The notes under the pieces are model-generated. The model searched no databases. It worked only from the letters and a program-made list of their open reading frames with translations, and was not told where the DNA came from. Source: an uncultured Actinomycetes bacterium (GTDB lineage: Bacteria > Actinomycetota > Acidimicrobiia > IMCC26256 > PALSA-610). Taken from it: a stretch of 64,000 nt of DNA. Every line of letters starts with the position of its first letter. Positions within the stretch are counted from its first letter, which is position 1. The DNA is taken from positions 21,737 through 85,736 of the forward strand of contig CAVXFZ010000010.1 of assembly GCA_963761175.1 (NCBI GenBank). The letters are read 5' to 3'. The position numbers were made by a program, and so were the translations under genes. Below, in pieces: positions 61,598 through 64,000 of the stretch.

Positions 61598-62917
61598 ATG
61601 GCCGCCGACCCGCCCGCCTCCTCCGCCACCCGACACTTCACCCCGGGCCGTCCCGAGGACGTCCTCGCGCACGTGCCGCCGTATGCCGACATCATCATCC
61701 CGCTCTCCAACGGCGAACCCCCCGTGCTGCTCGACACGCTCGAGGCCCACGCGGATCGGCTCACCGGGGTGCGGGTGCACCAGATGCACGCGCTCGCCGA
61801 TCGCGCCTACATCCGGGGCGAGCTCGGCGACCACCTGCGGCACGTGAGCTACTTCCTCTCGAACGCGACGCGCCAGGCGTACTGGAACGGCACCTGCGAC
61901 CTCGTGCCGAACAACTTCTCGGAGATGCCCCACCTCCTGCGGCACGCGACGAAGTGCTCGCTCGTGATCGCGCGGGCGACGCCGCCCGACCGCCACGGCT
62001 ACTTCAGCCTCGGCACGAACGCCGACTACACGACGCCGTTCATCGGTCACGTCCCGTTCTTCCTCGAGGCCGACCCGGCGATGCCGCGCACCTTCGGCGA
62101 GAACGCGGTTCACATGAGCGAGGTCGTCGGCTGGTGCGAGGGCGGTGGGCCGCTCGCCGAGATCGAGGCGCCCGAGCCGTCGGAGGCCGACGAGCGCATC
62201 GCGGCGCTCGTCGCCGAGTACGTCGAAGACGGCGCGACGATCCAGGCCGGCATCGGCGCGATCCCGAACGAGCTGCTCAAGAACCTCACCGACCGCCGCA
62301 ACCTCGGCGTGCACACCGAGATGCTCTCCGACGGGATCATGGATCTCGTCGAGGCGGGCGCGGTCAACGGAACGAACAAGCGGCTGCGCCGTAACAAGAC
62401 GGTCACGACCTTCGCGCTCGGCAGCGCCGCGCTGTACCGATGGATGAACGACAACCCGTCGCTCGAGATGCTGCCGGTCGACTGGGTGAACGACCCGCGT
62501 GTGATCGCCCGCGAGCCGAACTTCGTGTCGATCAACGCGACGACGGAGGTCGACCTGTTCGGGCAGTGCGCGTCGGAGACGGTCGCGGGCCGCTACTGGT
62601 CGTCGTCGGGTGGGCAGGCCGACTTCGCCCGGGGGGCGATGTACTCGCCGGGCGGCAAGGCGTTCGTTGTCTTGCGGTCGACGACACGCGACGGTCGCAG
62701 CCGCATCCGTTGCAAGCTCACCGAGGGCTCGGTCGTCACGACGCTGAAGAACACGGTCGACCACGTGGTCACCGAATGGGGCGTCGCCGAGCTACGGGGA
62801 CGCTCGCTCGCGCAGCGGGCCGAGGCGCTCATCGCGATCGCGCACCCCGATCACCGCGACGAGCTCGCCGCGGCTGCCGGGCTGATGGGCCGGGGCGACC
62901 CCGCGACCGCCGACTGA
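61598..62917 (+). CDS. Acetyl-CoA hydrolase/transferase family protein (4-hydroxybutyrate CoA-transferase-like)
   Basis: 439 aa with GATIQAGIGAIPNELL, GVHTEMLSDG, INATTEVDLFGQCASE, SSSGGQADFARGA and VVTEWGVAELRG. Confidence 0.8.
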   Translation: MAADPPASSATRHFTPGRPEDVLAHVPPYADIIIPLSNGEPPVLLDTLEAHADRLTGVRVHQMHALADRAYIRGELGDHLRHVSYFLSNATRQAYWNGTCDLVPNNFSEMPHLLRHATKCSLVIARATPPDRHGYFSLGTNADYTTPFIGHVPFFLEADPAMPRTFGENAVHMSEVVGWCEGGGPLAEIEAPEPSEADERIAALVAEYVEDGATIQAGIGAIPNELLKNLTDRRNLGVHTEMLSDGIMDLVEAGAVNGTNKRLRRNKTVTTFALGSAALYRWMNDNPSLEMLPVDWVNDPRVIAREPNFVSINATTEVDLFGQCASETVAGRYWSSSGGQADFARGAMYSPGGKAFVVLRSTTRDGRSRIRCKLTEGSVVTTLKNTVDHVVTEWGVAELRGRSLAQRAEALIAIAHPDHRDELAAAAGLMGRGDPATAD

Positions 62918-62956
62918 GGGCCGCTCGCCCAGCGGGACGAAACACCGCGTGCTTCG

Positions 62957-63973
62957 TCAGCGCTCGAAGCGCGCCGCGAGGAGACGGGCGATCGGCCACG
63001 CGCCCCGGGTGCTGTTCGAGACGACCGTGTACGTGACGCGCCGGGTCGGATCGTGCACCGACCGGAACGAGACCCCGGCGTCGAAGCCCTCGAGGAGCAC
63101 GGCGTCGTCGGCGGCGCCGAGCCAGAAGCCGAGCCCGTACCGCATCCGCTCCTCCGGAACCGCGCGCCGCGGCCGCACCATCTCCGCGACCCACGACGGT
63201 GCGACGATCCGCCCGGCGAACAGCGCGTCCCACAACGCGTGCACGTCGCCGACCGTCGAGAAGATGCCGCCGTCGCCGCTCCCCCGCACCGGCAGGTTCG
63301 CCGCATTCGTGCGCCCGCCGCCACCGGCGAGATAGCCGTGCGCCGCGCCGGCCGGCAGCGCGTCGGACTCGAGGAACGCGGTCGCCCGCATGCCCGCCGG
63401 TTCGCACACGCGTCGCGAGACGAGCTCGGCGAACGACGTCCCCGTCACGCGTTCGGCGATCAGCGCCAGCACGACGTAGCCGCTGTTGCAGTACGAGAAG
63501 CGAATGCCGGGCGCGAACTTCGGCGGGAAGCCGTCGAGCACGCGCAGGTAGTCCTCGGTATGCCGCAGCTCGCCGGCGGGAACCGGGAGCGCGAACGCCT
63601 CGACGTCGAGATCGGCGTCCTCGTCCATGTAGTCGCCGATCCCCGACCGGTGCCCGAGCAGGTGCTCGACCGTGACGTCGTCGCCGACCAGGGGCAGGTC
63701 GTTGCCCAGGACCGAACGGGCACGTGTCGCGAGCGACAACAGCCCGTCGGTGACGAGACTCACGATCGTCAGCGCGGTGAGGCCCTTGGTCCCGCTGGCG
63801 ATCCCGAACTGCGTGTCGACCGTGTTGGCGACGCCGGCCGCCCGGTCGGCGAGGCCGTACGCGCGCGCACACACGACCACGCCGTCGACGTCGACCCGCA
63901 GCGCGCCCGAGAAGTCGCCGTCGCGCGCCGCGGCGTCGATCGCCGCCGCGAGCCCGTCGCCACCGCGCGCCAC
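62957..63973 (-). CDS. Serine hydrolase, beta-lactamase-related (class C/esterase-like)
   Basis: 338 aa with the nucleophile motif FGIASGTKGLTAL (SxxK), LLGHRSGI and YCNSGYVVL (YxN-like). Confidence 0.8.
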   Translation of the reverse strand: MARGGDGLAAAIDAAARDGDFSGALRVDVDGVVVCARAYGLADRAAGVANTVDTQFGIASGTKGLTALTIVSLVTDGLLSLATRARSVLGNDLPLVGDDVTVEHLLGHRSGIGDYMDEDADLDVEAFALPVPAGELRHTEDYLRVLDGFPPKFAPGIRFSYCNSGYVVLALIAERVTGTSFAELVSRRVCEPAGMRATAFLESDALPAGAAHGYLAGGGGRTNAANLPVRGSGDGGIFSTVGDVHALWDALFAGRIVAPSWVAEMVRPRRAVPEERMRYGLGFWLGAADDAVLLEGFDAGVSFRSVHDPTRRVTYTVVSNSTRGAWPIARLLAARFER

Positions 63974-64000
63974 CGCGTCCGCACCTCAGCGCCGGTCGAG

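Noticed and set aside
61163-62764. N-terminal 530 aa of the 846-aa minus ORF 60224-62764
   Set aside because: Only the last 312 aa (cysM) are real. The rest runs through cysO out of frame and antisense to the CoA-transferase gene.

Overview
Very GC-rich (by eye roughly 70% or more, not computed), gene-dense chromosomal segment. Gene content points to Actinomycetota: GlgE alpha-glucan pathway, F420-type LLM oxidoreductase, CysO/CysM, and a cysO-cysM-murI-MBL-rph-rdgB order resembling mycobacteria. I found no rRNA, CRISPR array, transposase, integrase or recognisable defence system, and one tRNA-Leu(TAG).

Main blocks:
1. 0-14.8 kb: miscellaneous metabolism and envelope genes. These include a secreted six-repeat/M23-like protein, a PQQ sugar dehydrogenase, two adjacent GAF-ANTAR regulators, a single ORF fusing YihY/BrkB to a DHA2 MFS transporter, and a PoxB-like TPP enzyme.
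2. 14.9-32.4 kb: a trehalose/alpha-glucan supercluster, with otsA divergent from a start/stop-overlapping glgE-treS/pep2-malQ-glgB-treZ-treY string, and glgX convergent.
3. 33.9-40 kb: a signalling island of GAF-ANTAR, tandem USP, orphan receiver, secreted S8 subtilase and multi-TM histidine kinase. The subtilase ends in 24 tryptophans spaced exactly 5 residues apart.
4. 40-49 kb: Rieske oxygenase + MOSC, an LLM/amidohydrolase/epoxide hydrolase operon, an SDR and an acyltransferase.
5. 49-52 kb: tRNA-Leu, a heavily frame-broken MFS gene, and an ArsR-GNAT fusion with a perfect 20-bp palindrome in the 55-nt divergent spacer.
6. 52-64 kb: a PAS-GGDEF-EAL protein and a long minus-strand housekeeping operon.

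The most unusual general property is that at least six otherwise well-conserved genes are interrupted by small indels, five of the six located in GC-only tracts (glgE, treS-pep2, one GAF-ANTAR, the Rieske oxygenase, an SDR, and an MFS gene with at least six frame changes). From sequence alone I cannot tell real pseudogenisation from assembly error.

Many long ORFs in the six-frame track are GC-driven antisense or off-frame artefacts and were rejected. All family calls rest on my reading of motifs, not on database searches.
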